Source of the DNA: Marsupella aquatica
Lineage: Eukaryota > Plantae > Marchantiophyta
NCBI GenBank assembly: GCA_973895155.1
Contig: OZ316894.1
Span: 10,881,874-10,945,873 of the forward strand
Direction: 5' to 3'
Length of the DNA stretch: 64,000 bases
Part shown: positions 49,704-63,113 of the stretch, in pieces
Layout of the letters: each line of letters starts with the position of its first letter
How positions within the stretch are numbered: position 1 is the first letter of the stretch
The notes under the pieces: model-generated
Databases searched by the model: none
What the model was told of the DNA's origin: nothing
The model's input: only the letters and a program-made list of their open reading frames with translations
Made by a program: the position numbers and the translations under genes

Positions 49704-50997
49704 CACTCTTAGCTACACTCTTTACAATATTTAGTGTCATGAAATAATCATTAGTGTCACACACACTAATTAGGGATAGCCTCTGATTTTCAGCCAAGTG
49801 ACACTATTTACCGTCACCCCCTAATTTTGAAAAATTAATTAATATATTGAAAATATTGATAATTAGAAATGACAATATTATTGGTGGTAACCCTAAACTG
49901 GACCCACTCCAAAGTTTGCCAGGCTACCAACATCATCTCTTTGGGTGTATGTTCTTAGAAAGCTTCTTTATGTTTTAGCTTGTCAGTCTTGTGAAAGGAT
50001 TGATAACATGGCAGGAACAGATTGGCCATCATAGCTGAATTTGCTAGAGCAAGGGAAAGAGAATCAAGACTATGTTAAAATGTCACTGGTACTTAATCTG
50101 CATCTCCTTTGGCTTATCCTCACTGCTCTTCAAAAAATAATAAATGAAGACCCAAAACATTTGGGGACTGGGACACGGGGCACATCTGGGATATTGATAA
50201 AACCAAGCAAACATTGGTTTTTGACATTGGCAAGGGTGGCAAGGGACTTTGTAGTTGAGGTGAACAGTTTTGTTGACAGGCATGGCATGTCTTATGCACA
50301 ACATTCAATGATAAACATCTATTTGTCTCTAAATGTCAATAGTGTACAGACTGAAAATCAACTTACACCTGAGCTTCAGAATATCATAGCAAAGTATCGA
50401 GTGAATTTTGAAGGGAGTCGAGTCGACCTTGACATTGATGCTAATGTTGAAGTGGCTCCTGATGTTAGTGAACCAGGTGAAGAGCCAGCTCAACCCACTT
50501 CTCTTGGGCTGTAGGCCGTCTTGCAAGGATGAGACACATGGGACAGGTTGTAGCTTATGTGAGATTGCATGTGTTATTCATAGTTGATAGAAGTGAATCG
50601 AAGAGATCTTGTTTGGCTGCTCAATGTGGCTGAGTACCCCAAACTGCAATTTTGTGCTATGTGAGAAGGAGTTATAAATTTTTGAAGTTTGCTCAATGTT
50701 TGAGTAGTATATGGAAGGAGTTATAAATTTCTGAAGTTTTCTCAATGTTTGTCTGAGTAGTAAATTTTGTAAACTGTAATCAATTATTGTGCACAGTTTT
50801 TAATTTTTTTATAAACAAATTTTGACTATTGTCCATTCTATTTTTTTAACTGAAGTGTATGTGACATTATTTGACTTGTGACCATATTAGTGTCATACCA
50901 TATTAGTGTCACACACCTTAATTACCGTCACTCACCTCAAATCTAACCTCACAGTAATTAGAGTGTGTGAGACTAAATATTGTAAACTAAGAGTGTA
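49704..50997 (+). mobile_element. Non-autonomous TIR DNA transposon carrying a transposase C-terminal remnant (50041-50514), probably Tc1/mariner-pogo-like
   Basis: Left end (ta)cactctttacaatatttagtgtca is complementary to right end tgagactaaatattgtaaactaagagtg(ta). There are TA flanks and sub-terminal attagtgtca repeats. The ORF has KPSKHWFLTLARVARDFVVEVNSFVDRHGMSYAQHSMINIYLSLNVNSVQTENQLTPELQNIIAKYRVNF. Confidence 0.75.
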
Positions 50998-51439
50998 GAT
51001 GCTCCATACCTGCAGCTCCCATTTAGGTGATAAGAGGGTTAACTCTAATTGTCAAGTCCTTTTGCCGCTAAAGAGCTTTCTTGAACCCCACTTGGGATGA
51101 GAGTGTGCACAAAAGCTGGCTGAGCTTGAACTCGGAACCTGGTTTGCCGCAATGAAGACTAAATAATACTCTTTGACTATGATTGTTGGGAAGACCATGC
51201 TGAAATTTTTGCACTTATGTGTAGTTATGCACCATACCTAGTATTAAGACATGTCAAGGCATACACCATCATTCCTTCACCTTATGTGAACACTTTGATG
51301 GCCAGCCTTGAAGGGCATCATTGAAGTAGGAGACCCAATGGGCAACAATACATTAGTAATTAAGTTTGTGCAAAAACAATTAGTCAAGAAATACTGTTAT
51401 CCAACACAATTTCAAACAGTGGACATGAGGGCTACTTAG

Positions 51440-53882
51440 TGGTGGACCTTGCCACCCAGCGCCCTCACCAATCCCAGCACTCATGCCTAAGTGCCCCTGG
51501 TGCCCGAACGCCTTCACGGAATACCTCGAGCAAGTAAACTAGTGCCCCTTGCACCGCCAGCGGCCCCTCCCATACGAAGCCGCACTTGCTCTCTAACACG
51601 ACCGCTACTCACGGTCCTCCCTATCTGCGCAAGAAACCAAGCACCTCGGTAAGTAACCCTTCAGGATCTAGAACTCGCCAAGTCTAGCATCCTACTCAAG
51701 CTCAACAGACGTTGATAAATAGGTCAGCGATAGGTCCTCCCGATACCATAAGCCGGAACCAGAACCCATGCCCACTGTCCGTCTAGGACAGTTCCTTCCT
51801 TGGGCGCGGCCCGGGTTCCCCCTCGTACCTATCCATCACCAACTGACCTCCCTGACCCCAGGACATGCTCATGGCCCAAATAGCGTAGCTTGTCCTAAAG
51901 CTTGTCCGAAGCTTGTCCCAACACGCCGGGACCCGAATGGCCCCAACTCTAGCAACCAACTCCTGATTTGCCTCACTGATGATCTAGGGGCTAAGCACCC
52001 TTGGAACTCAACCTCCACACCTACTTGGCCTTGCCACCCCAATGCAAGCTCCCTTGGGAGACTGACGCGGCTTGGCTGCTGTTTGGCGGAATTTGGCAAG
52101 CGGGCGAGCTAACACCCGCAAACCCCAAGAACCCATGGTGCCCCCAGACCCAGCTGAGATCAGGATCTTTCCAACGCACTCAAGAAGTCCCCCAACGGAC
52201 TTCCCGTTAGGAAGATATCGTCATTTCTGTTTGGCGGTTTCCCTTAGTGTCGCAACCATCGCGGCCCACGACTTCGGCTTGCCCTTAGCCCCCAGGGAGA
52301 CACCACTCCCCTCATATATGCTTCTGGAGACCTGCCACCCCCGGACCAGCTTTGGTCCCTAAACATTTGGCCCCCAAACCGGATCCTATTGCGCATAATG
52401 GGCGCGCCACCAACTGGCAATGCCCATAACTTTCTCGTTAGGCATCCGCAAGCGGAGTGCCTTAGCCCGTTGTGATCGGGCCAACCCAGTGCTCATGCCT
52501 AGGCCCTCAGGGCCCTCAGGTCTCATCGCCGCTTGGGGCCCCTGACCGGCCCAACCCGGATCGGGCCATAACTTGCGCCCCAAGCGTCCGTTGCCCATGG
52601 TGTCAACTTCATTGGCCTTGGGCCCAAGAAGAGCTCACACTCAAGCCCTCAGAACTCAAAGTCCATCCGGAGGTCCGGATGACCATCCTTGAGCCCGACC
52701 CATTTCCCCTTGACCCGACCAGCTATCAGCTAGTCCAAGTCCTTAGTGTGTGTCCCCAGCTTGGCTCCTTGCCTCGCTAGTGCCACGTCTCATTGCCCAC
52801 AAGTCTCCCCATGCTAAGTCCTCCCCGGATGGCCTATCCGGGCCTGGACCATAAGGGAGCTCGGCGTCGGAGTCAGCGACGCCGGAGCTAAGTGTTAAAG
52901 TAGTCAAGTTCCGCGACTTATTCTCAGAAATGGGCAGGAAATTAAATTTCAAAAACTTTAAATGAAGCCCACAAAACCATATTTTATTGGAAGAGACCCT
53001 AAACACATGGTTTAGGTACTTGTCAGCAAAATACTGGAGAAAACTTTGTGCCTGGCAAAATTCAGCCATCTCATTGGCACCCCAATCAGCCCTCAAAGAT
53101 CACAAACCAAGTCAAGATTGATTTTGATGTTGCAAATGGCTATGCTTGTACAATAGTCAGCTAACAAGCAATGAGTAGCGGAACTCGACTACTCTACCAC
53201 TTATCTCCGGCACCAAGCTCCTCTATGGTCCAGGCACCGGGATGGCCATCTGGAAAGGACTAAGTCCCGGACAAAGTATGGGTAGACTTGATAACAAAGG
53301 AGCATTGCACTAGCAAAGGCGCTGCGCTGAGCTAGGGCCGTGCACAAGGGACTCAGACTGGCAATAAGAGTTAGTTGGGCTATGAGCAAGGCCGGGCTTA
53401 GGGCAGACCATTTTGGAGCCCTGGATGGACTCTAAGTTGTGAGTGCTTGAGTGAAAGCTCCTTTTGGGTCTAAGTACAATGAAGTTTTCATGTGAAATGG
53501 ACGCATGAGATTTGGCACGGCATGGGTGAAGCCGTCCAGGACCCCCAATGGACGATGAATCTTGAGGGCCCGAGAATGAACCCCATGTTGGCCCAATCGC
53601 AGCGGACTAAAGCACTTCATCTACAGATGACTAACAAGGAAGTTATAGGTCATGCAACTTAGCTTTGTGCCTAGTCGATTTGGTTGGAGTCCTGGTGGGG
53701 GACCAAAAATAGGGGACCAAAGTTGGTCCAGGGTGGCATGTCACCAAAAGCATATATGAGATGAATGGTGTCTTTTAGTGGGCCAAGGGCAAGCCCAAGT
53801 TGTGAAGTGCAAGGGTGTTGCTAGTAAATGGAGACACCAAACAAAAAAGGTAATATCACATCAACGGGAAATCCATTGGGGG
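51440..53882. mobile_element. GC-rich repeat in two diverged head-to-head copies forming a large inverted repeat (arms ~52190-52923 and ~53170-53882)
   Basis: The reverse complement of 53170-53882 aligns in order with 52190-52923 (ccccaa.gga.ttcccgtt, ggcttgccctt.gccc, ctcatatatgctt.tgg, ggacca.ctttggtccc, cctggaccata, gccggag.taagtg...agtagtc.agttccgc.act). The left copy extends to ~51440. Confidence 0.75.
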
Positions 53883-54591
53883 ATAATTGGGAAACCTCTC
53901 AAGGAGGGCTAAACTTAAACTAGAGCTCAAAGCTTAACAAAAGTGGAAGCCAATTAGTGGATAAAGCCCAAATTTTATTCCCCCTCCTTGGCCACCCATT
54001 TTCTTTCTTTTATTCATCCCCCAATCCTAACTCAGTTTTTTGTTTGTTTTTGTTTCCCTTCAATCTCTTTTATCTGATTGGTTTGATGAGGGTCATCAGA
54101 AAGTTTTAGGACATCCATTTGTCCTCCAAATTTGTTTAGTAACTGGGTCCCCTGCTAAGTAGCAACATAAAATGGTCTCAGCCAAACAAACTTGAGGCTA
54201 CAAATTTATGGCTAAGAGAATCTTTGGATGCATGTCAGGATATTGACATACCCAAGTTGTGACCGTTGTGTAATGTTGTAAGTCCACCATCCTCTTTGTT
54301 GAGCCAATGATTGTTTAAATATGGCAATCAATCAGATCTAACAACTAGAATCAGTCATTGTTGTCTTTTTAAGCAAGAACCATTCATTCAATCTTCATGT
54401 GTCATACTATTAATATAAGATTTTGGAAGTGACATGTTCTACTCTTTTGGGCACATTGTTGGTATTGTCAAAGAATCATCCTAACCCTTGAAAAATAAAA
54501 ATGACTGACCCTTCCCCCAATCCCAGTCGTAAGCGATTTCTTTTCTGACTGTATTTTGTGAGGCAGGTGAATACCTCAGGGGTCTACAAGG

Positions 54592-54705
54592 GAAAATGAG
54601 TGGGAACCACGTAATATTTATCTATAAATATTATTAAAAATATGGAAGGAAAATGAGTGGGAACCACCTAATATTTATCTATAAATATTATTAAAATTAT
54701 GGAAA
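54592..54705. repeat. Tandem duplication, 57-bp unit x2
   Basis: ggaaaatgagtgggaaccac.taatatttatctataaatattattaaaa.tatggaa occurs twice. Confidence 0.92.
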
Positions 54706-55575
54706 GCCTTACACCTTTGTTGATCTTAAGGCAACCATAAAATCTTTGGAGATTTGGCAAATCCAACTACACCTAAAAGGGGATTTTGAAAGTTTTGCTT
54801 AATACTTGTAAGTTCCTGGTAGTTTTCTTTGTATTGTTTCGCCATGAGCTGGACAAGGGAAGACTTTGACAATATCTGGCCACTTTAAAAAACTCACAGT
54901 CAACAACAGTTACTACCTTAGTGCGGTCCTAGCTTGTGCAATAAATCAATAATTATGTAAATGTTGTACTAATCTAACAGCATATTCTAAAGTGCTTTTG
55001 ATGCAAATTCAAGACTGAATGTATTGAGCATTTTGATGTAAAAACTGACTTTGCTGTGTATGCATTAATACTTTAACTAAAAAGTAAAAAAAGGAAGAAA
55101 AACTTGTATTAGCTTCCTTATATGCAGTAAAGCATACATGAGTAGGGGGTCCACAAACTAATTACAAACTTTTCTCCCATTTCCCGCCCATTTTATGTAT
55201 GGGTCAACTTAACTCAACCAGGCTAACCCAAGGTGGCATTTCATTCATCAACAACCACCTGGAAGAGCCTCAGGCTCCCCTCAACAGCCTTAGTTTGTCT
55301 CCCATATCCTGGCTTCCATTGCCAACATCAGGCTCACCTTTCCAATGGTACCATAAACCCGTTTTCAGATCATACATGTGGGTTGGACAAAGGCATCTGA
55401 ATAAAAAAGGACCAAAAAGTAACCTAAAAGGAAATTAAGTTTTTACTCAGTGCCATAACTAGCTTCAGTGGCTAGCTGTCTAATGGCTCTCCCAATGTAC
55501 ATGAGTGCACAGCATATTTTCAGTGTGTTGCTGAGCTGTCTTACAGGGGGGTGTCAAACCTCAAAATCTGATGGA

Positions 55576-55690
55576 CCTTAACTTAGTAGTTAAGGTTAAA
55601 CACGGACAAAATTTTAACTTAGTAGTTAAGGTTAAACACGGACAAAATTTTAACTTAGTAGTTAAGGTTAAACACAGAAGAAAGTTAAAT
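55576..55690. repeat. Tandem repeat, ~36-bp unit x3, with an internal near-palindrome
   Basis: ttaacttagtagttaaggttaaacacggacaaaatt is repeated; ccttaacttagtagttaagg is nearly self-complementary. Confidence 0.9.
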
Positions 55691-56541
55691 TCACAATACA
55701 TATCTTTTTACTATAAAGACTGATCATATTCCATGATGGTAAGTCACTGGAAGCTAGTGGAGAAAAACCTTGGAGGTTACCCTGTGAAAGAAAGAGCTAT
55801 GACCATCTGTTTATGGCCAAAAGTCATTATCAATTACCATGAAACTTTGAGATGCCCTAATAGCTCTCCCAAAGTCCCATTGTAGCTCTTTGGGAGAGCT
55901 ATGGTATCCACAACTCTGAAGCTTTGAGATGCCCTACAAGCTCTCCTGAAGTCCCATTGTAGCTGTTGGACACAATGTTTCACCTTCCCAGACCGATGGG
56001 GTTCAAGTTTTGCCTCCTACAGGCTGATACTCCTTGCATACAGGCCACCCTGTTTGATGGACCAGTCCGAGTGCTCGCATTAGAGGTGAAGTAAAGGAGC
56101 ATTTCTTGCTAAGAACATGGAGAATCAAAATGCACACATTGCACAGTGCTGCTGGCAAAGGAATAGGCGAGTGTTACAGATCTTTTGAGCTACGCCAAAG
56201 CAAATCAAATTGTTAGCCCACATTCGTTTTTTCATCTTGCTTGTTTTCAAATGCTGCATAGAGAGTTCGTTTTCCTTTCCCAGATTTCTGGAGGATAGCA
56301 TATTGTTACAGAAATCTGGGAGCTTTCATATTCCGAACTGTAGACGCTGATAATGTGTGCTCTGAAGACGAAAGACCCTTTGCTTTTAGTGAAATCCATT
56401 ACATCTTTCTAGCTGAATTAAACTCTGTTCAGATATTCATACTGGTTGGTATTGCTATAAGCACACTAAGAATGCTTTGCCACGTTGAGGTCTCAAGTCA
56501 AACCCCATGAATTGGATATGTTCAGCAAGTCGCCATAGAGG

Positions 56542-56737
56542 CGGCAAGGGCCTACCAACGCCTACAAGCACCAAGCCACATCCGAAGACCCGGGACCAAA
56601 CCTCAAGTAGCAAGACCTCAAAAGCATAATTCGCGAAGTACAATTGAGGACTGGCAAGGGCCTTATAAACGCCTAGAAGAGCGAAACCACATCCAAAGGC
56701 AGGGATCGAAACCCCAAGTCAAGAACTCAAAAGCATA
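56542..56737. repeat. Diverged direct duplication, ~111 bp, downstream of SGT1
   Basis: ggcaagggcct...aacgccta...ccacatcc...aaacc.caagt...ctcaaaagcata occurs twice. Confidence 0.75.
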
Positions 56738-57583
56738 TGTTAAAGGCGGTGCAAGTGAGGTGACCCTCATTCACCAAAGCCTACAAGGAAATTGCAAACA
56801 AGCTGAAAGTGAGGTTGAAAGAATAGCCAGCAAAGGAATGTGATGGAAAACTGAGGACAAAGACCTGCTTTGCTAACAAGCAGCAAAGGCGTGCGATCGG
56901 AAACCTGAGGATCAAAGCCCTGGTCCTCGGTATATGGATTCAGGCAACCAAGAATCCCATCATCGACCTCCTACATCGGATCTGAAAGGGATCCGTCACT
57001 TCTACCGAAGCAAGTACAGAAGTTTACACTGGTGTGCCAAAGGTTGCAGTAACAGAGACAAGATCCAAGTACAAGTCGGACCTTTTCAGTCATTTCATCC
57101 AGAAACTACCTCAACGAATGTTGGATTCAGCCGAGACGAGCCATAGAATTGGACAGCCAATTGAAAAGCAGGTAGTAAATGCAATTGCTTTGCATAGGAC
57201 CAACCATATACCACTACGAGCTCAGCAAATTCGCCAACGTATGGTGCACACGAAAATGATAACATTCGCCGACCTTGCCATCCCGCCAAGAACCTCCTCC
57301 GGCTTTCCATCCGCCAAAGATATTGGAGGGAGCAAAGACTACTGAAACGCCAAGGTTACATTCTGTATGTATCGAAGGTACAAGATATCACACCATAATT
57401 GTTGCAAAATCGGCCTTAGAGATATTATTAGAACATAGGAAAAGTACTATACATTGAATCCACTTTGAAACAGCACCCATCGTGGCACCAAAGCTGGACA
57501 GATATACAGCTTTGCAAAGCAAACAGCAGAAGCACTCAGCCACTTGACAAGAGGTGTTCCACCATTCCCTACTGCCGTCAAAA

Positions 57584-60500
57584 CTATCGTTCCCATTTCC
57601 TCATTTCCATACCCTTGGGAGGACTTCCATCTACTTTTTTGGAACCGACCTCCTTCCAGTTGGTTGAAAGGACCGTTCCATTGGATTCAACCTGCACCCA
57701 ACAAGAGTGTTAGCACAATTTTCATGGTCGAGATTTTTTTATAGCAGCTACTCCATTAGTGAAAATCAATCCTTAAGGGTCCCCACGAACAGCATCACTT
57801 TTGGAACTTACAAAGGATTTGTTCATTGCTCTCCGAGTGTCCTCATCTGCGTTGGTGTATATATCTTGAAATAGTTTGTTCAGGGCGGCATCACCTTCTA
57901 GCTTCTCATCTTTCTCCTGTATATTTCAGAGGAAACTTGTATCAGTGGTGGAAGAATAGGGGACAGTAGTAACCTTAGATCAGCACGTGACTTACCTTCG
58001 CAAAACAACGACCACAGTACCCATGAAGAATGTGCTACCATCTCCGTGGAGAAAAAGCTCAAATTATACTCTTTCAGGCTCCTAAAATACGAAATAGTAA
58101 ATCTTGTTTGATAAGAAGTGGGATCAGACCAATACGATCTAAAAAACCGAAAACTATAATTCCTTTCAAAAACTGTGAGCCATCCTGGGCATCTCCAGAA
58201 ACCACATCAAAGCACAAAAGAGACTTAAATGGGCTGAAAGCACCTCCTCTGAAAGTTTTGAAATAGATTGGGTCAAAATTCAGATCTTACTGGTCACTGT
58301 ATTCCTAAGGACGAAGATTTCTGAAGTCTTTCCATAACATTTTAAGGGTGTCCGGCCACGCTCACTACGTTACTCTTCTGAGATATCTTCCCGATCAATG
58401 ACAAGACACAATCTAGAACAAAATGCAATTCGTGGACCGTAGCACTTGGTTGATTTATTGGCCCTGCCTCAGAAACTCCTCTAAAAACAGACTTTTCCTT
58501 CACATGATTTGTCTAAGTAGCGCACCACCAATCATGCAACCAGGTATCAAGTACGAGTAAGAACAATACGGCTTTCTTCACATCCGCCTCGAACTTGTCC
58601 CAATTCCTGATGGGTTTCTTTGATGCTGCTGGCCTGGGTGCTGATGGTGACATGCAAGCAAAATAGCAACCCACAATCAACGTCAAAAGTGTGATATGGA
58701 CAACGGATGTCAACTAGAGTAAATGGTTAAGAAATACGGATATCTCTAATCTATTGGAGGTGCTTCTTGCACATAATAGACAATGCCATTAATAGTTTCC
58801 AAAATCTACAGTCCCTCAAGGACCATTGAGTGTAACTAAGTCAGAATTATGTTCTTTATTATTCTCAAGCCGTCAAAACCACCCCAAATCCCTATCATTG
58901 AATAAGATTTTCAGGACTGCAAGTCTTTACAAAAGTTCTAAGTATTATAGAAGGACGCTCCGAAAAGTCCTTAAAACCTATCCAAAGCTGTCTAACACTA
59001 CCAAAGCAGCTATGCTCTCAACTGTCTCAGTTCAAACAACCTAGACTGACTGAAAATACTTCCTCATAGAACTCCGAACATAGGAGCGAGGGTTAATACC
59101 AGGGAGGACGGTGACCGGAACAAGGGCTAGCGTAGGGTCAAACTCCAACCCTTTCCATTGAAGTTGATCTGCCTTGACTAGCCGAATCTCCACCTTTGTA
59201 CCTAAAATGTTATACTTTGATTCCAAAGGTTTGATCTGTCATGACCACTACAATGAATCAAAAGACTGAGGCTGCTAGGATAGTTGCGTAGCCTTAAACC
59301 TCGCCAGTACCTTGTGACACAATCTACTTCCAGTGCCTATTTAGAACTTCATGGCGATGATTTGCAGAGACTAGACGCAGCTGGTTTACACTGACGCAAA
59401 TTTGAACACAACTGCGAACACTTAATAGATTCCTCCAAAACAAATGAGAAAATCCCGAGGAAAACCGGGGAAATCCTTACCTTTCCAAAAAGTTGCTTTT
59501 GCAAGTCAAATGGCTCCTCGTCAGGTCTCGTAATTGTCACCCTGAACTGTTTTCCAAATCAGATGATTGTATAAGATCAAGAAAAAACTTCAGACCAGCA
59601 CAGAGAGGTTACAGAAAGTCTTCTGCAGGAACTTTACAATATAGAGAGTAGTTGTAGGATGCATTCAACTGTACCACAATCTCGTACCAACCCAGAATAA
59701 TGACTTTTTTCGTCTACACCTTCAAAACAGACGCAAGTGCTACACCATGCATTTCATAAACCTTAACAACCTGGCTGGGGAAAAGTAGCGTCGTCTTCAA
59801 CATACCGCGAAGACTGAAAGAAGCGGTATGCTACTACCAAGGCTAGCTATCTAGAATGGTGTTCATACTGTCATCTTTGTGTGAGGTCTACTGGAGAAGC
59901 TTCTTTTCCTCAAACCCTTCTAAGTAACATAATACTGTACCCGAGCATGAGCTGAATGGATTTCCAATTTATTAACTCGATCCACTCATTCTTGCGTTCG
60001 TTCTATTGAGACATTATAGGCAGAATCGCGAGTATCGATTCAGAAAGATAACAGAAAAGCATCAGGACTTACAAGCTGCTCCCCAAAATCAACCTTTAAG
60101 TGATCCGGCTTAAGATTTTTCGCGAAAATGGTTACCACTGCTTGATTCTCATTTTGATACCATTCGTGCCTGCGGATGAAAACAAGAAACTGACCCTCAG
60201 TCAGATAGGACTAAGGTGTGTGAAAGATGAGTAGCTCATCGAAGTTTGACGAGCAATGTCTAGTGCATTGAATTGGCTCTCGATATCCTGCCCATTATTG
60301 CTTCCGAGGTAGATGCATTGTTCTCCTTTCCCCGGAGGAGAGTTTCATCCAGGGCAGGAAATATTGAGGAGGTTTGAATTCAAAACCAAACCTATATTTC
60401 GGCTGCGGAGGTAGCTTGGGGACAGCAACAGCAGGAGCTGAACATTCTGCTGAATCTTGTCGGTCATGAGCGATTCCATTCACTGTGTCCATAGATGTAG

Positions 60501-61445
60501 CAGAGGCTTCTGTCTCCTTGACAGGCTCCAAGGGCCTGCCACTAGCATTAGCAGAAAGTTCTCTCTCTGCGTCTTGTTTGTCTGCAGCTGCAGCTTCTGT
60601 GGTAAAGAACCCAATAAATACGAATTGCCCAATAAGACTCGGGCGCAGAGAAACCAACGCAGACATTCAAAATCACATTACTCCGTATGCAATCACTACG
60701 CATTAATTAAAACTTTCGTCTCACCCAATTCCGCGTCACACTTTCGAATCCACAACTTATATTGCGAACTGCTGGGATCCGAAGCTGCTCCTGCCTCAAA
60801 AGCAGCCTTCGCAGTTTGATAATCTTCCAGATTAAAATAAGCAGTCCTGTAGACGATAAAAAAGGATTTTTAACGATTTAGAATTGGAATGTAGACCTAC
60901 TTAAGCCTACAATGCGTGGTGGAAGCACCCTAACCTAGAGCCCTTCCTGGGATAATTACAACAATGATGATATGCTACGATCAAATTAAGCACTCAGACA
61001 CACAAGTTGGGAACTTGCCCTTTGCGAAGATGGGCTTTGGATAGGCCTGGGTCAAGCTCGAGAGCCCGATTTGCATCTGTCGCAGCATCTGCTCGTACAA
61101 CAGAATCCAATCTGATTAGGACAAGACTCTTAATCTCAGCAGCAAACGAAAGTTCCAGTCCATTTCTGACGGTAACGACTGGTCTTGCTATGAGTCTAGT
61201 TTTACTTCTCGGTCAAAACTTATCCATCTTTTGATAGATTGTAATCTTTGACTTGCGAGACGAAGGAGATGGAATGGACAGTCACCGCTAAAGTTCTGCA
61301 GTTTGATGTGTGCCTGCGCCCGGCTCACGTAGAGCAACGCGTTGTTGGGGCCCAAGTCGATCGCCTGCGTGTATAAGCTCAGGGCTTGATCGTAATCTTC
61401 ATCCACAATGGCTTTGTCACCGCTTCTTTCTAACTCTTCCGCCAT
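57584..61445 (-). CDS. SGT1: SGT1 co-chaperone (TPR-CS-SGS domains), 10 coding exons
   Basis: Exons: 61445-61286, 61088-61019, 60846-60725, 60596-60392, 60169-60073, 59546-59481, 59235-59100, 58640-58570, 57916-57812, 57691-57584 (TAG). TPR: MAEELE...LYTQAIDL...RAQAHIKL...[10 protein letters not shown]...AHLRKG. CS: KYRHEWYQ...VTIFAK...[13 protein letters not shown]: NWDKFEA...[17 protein letters not shown]...[25 protein letters not shown]...[12 protein letters not shown]. Confidence 0.96.
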
Positions 61446-62408
61446 CCCTGCAATTGCTTCGACGCTCCTGATGATCTTTCTCTCGTCCTTCCTTCCCTCC
61501 GACGCTCCTTCCTGGAAGAATTTCCTTACGCTAGGAGCTCCATACGCGTACCTGAAACTTCTTCCCTGCCCCGCCCAAAGCCAGGCCACGCGCGCCACCC
61601 GAAACCGGCTAAACTACCTCCCAAACCTCACCTAATACGCAAATCCGTACCGCGTGAACACAGCAACAAAGCTTTGCCGGTGCCCTCTTGCCCACAAAGG
61701 GCCAGCCTCGAGCTCCACTACCAGCAATCCATCGCCCTTCCCAGCGTGCAAAGCACTGAAATCATCCCTAGTTCCCCACTCCGACCGGACCGATAACAAC
61801 CAACGACAGCCCTCGGAATGAATACGCGGAACCACGTCCGTGTGTCGGCGACAAAGACGAGGCGAAGAGGAAGAATCTTGCGGGACTGGTTTCCACTGAA
61901 CTCTTCAAGGAAAAGGAGGGGAATAAGAAGACAAGACACATTCAACCTGAAATGAACATAAATTTCGAGCGAGAACGAGAGAGAGAGAGACAGGAAGTTC
62001 CGGGACGAATTGCCAATGCCCTCCCTCCCTAGACGAAGCACGCACTCAACCCCCCAAACAAAACTGCTACGCTACGGCCGCTGCAACGGCGAAAGTTCCA
62101 GAGCCTTCTCGGGTGCCGTGTTGCGCTTGACAGGAAATTCAACAGACCGAAAGACTCATCAAAGACTCATCAAAGACTCCAACGTATCCACACTCCGTTC
62201 GACATATCGACTCCAGCACCGCAATGCACTAATTGCAGAGCACCGGCCTGACTGCTCGCCTGCCCAGAACAAGGAGACAGAGTGAGGATGGAAGAAGGGG
62301 CCCTTGTTCCCTTCATCCCCTTTCTTCCCCTGTCGTCCCCTTTCTTCCGGATGCTTCGCTACGCTCTGCTCCTCCGCGCCTACCCTGCTTCTGCTGCGAG
62401 GCTTCTTT

Positions 62409-62463
62409 CTGCCTTCTGGGCTCACTGCTGCCTTCTGGGCTCACGGCTGCCTTCTGGGCTCAC
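62409..62463. repeat. Short tandem repeat, ~19-bp unit x3
   Basis: ctgccttctgggctcac occurs three times in the SGT1 upstream region. Confidence 0.85.
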
Positions 62464-62518
62464 TACCGTTACAGGTTACAGTAGAGACAATCAAGTCCGC
62501 TCAAAAACATATTAATTA

Positions 62519-63113
62519 ACCAATTGGCTTAGGTCAATTGGCTAGGGGATTTGCCTGGAACTGAGAGGTCTCAGGTTCAATACTCCCTCCATGCTGGGTG
62601 GGGTGGGTAGTGGATTGGAGTTTTGATTATCTGCTCGGCCCCTGGTTGCCCGCTTTGTGGCCCTGATGTAATACTCTCTCCTTCCTGGTGCGGGTCCATG
62701 TCGGATCCGTTGGGGCTCACCCTGGTCTGGGTTCCCTACAGAAAAACTGTCACATTGGGGTGGGGGGAATCTAATTGTATTTCCAGGGGCTCAGGCTCAC
62801 CCTGGTCTGGGTTCCCTACAGAAAAACTGTCACATTGGGGTGGGGGGAATCTAATTGTATTTCCTGGGGCTCACCCTGGTCTGGGTTCCCTACAGAAAAA
62901 CTGTCACATTGGGGTGGGGGGAGTCTAATTGTATTTCCTGGGGCTCACCCTGGTCTGGGTTCCCTACAGAAAAACTGTCACATTGGGGTGGGGGGAGTCT
63001 AATTGTATTTCCTGGGGCTCACCCTGCTTTGGGTTCCCTACAGAAAAACTGTCACATTGGGGTGGGGGGAGTCTAATTGTATTTCCTCCCCATTTCAGTT
63101 CAAGACAAAAAAA
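62519..63113 (+). mobile_element. tRNA-derived SINE, copy 2, with five tandem 74-bp 3' units and a 17-bp TSD
   Basis: The head ggtcaattggctaggggatttgcctggaactgagaggtctcaggttcaat carries A/B boxes. Units start at 62712, 62786, 62866, 62940 and 63014, followed by an A-rich tail. The flanks caaaaacatattaatta (62502-62518) and caaaaacatataaatta (63114-63130) differ at one position. Confidence 0.9.

Noticed and set aside
61446-61598. N-terminal extension of SGT1 in the ORF track (MARVAWLW...)
   Set aside because: It begins at a GTG. The ATG at 61445 (MAEELE) matches the usual SGT1 start in good context, and nothing supports the extension.
62712-63085. Regular 74-bp array as a CRISPR array
   Set aside because: The units are near-identical head-to-tail copies with no unique spacers, lie inside a SINE, and there are no cas genes in this eukaryotic context.
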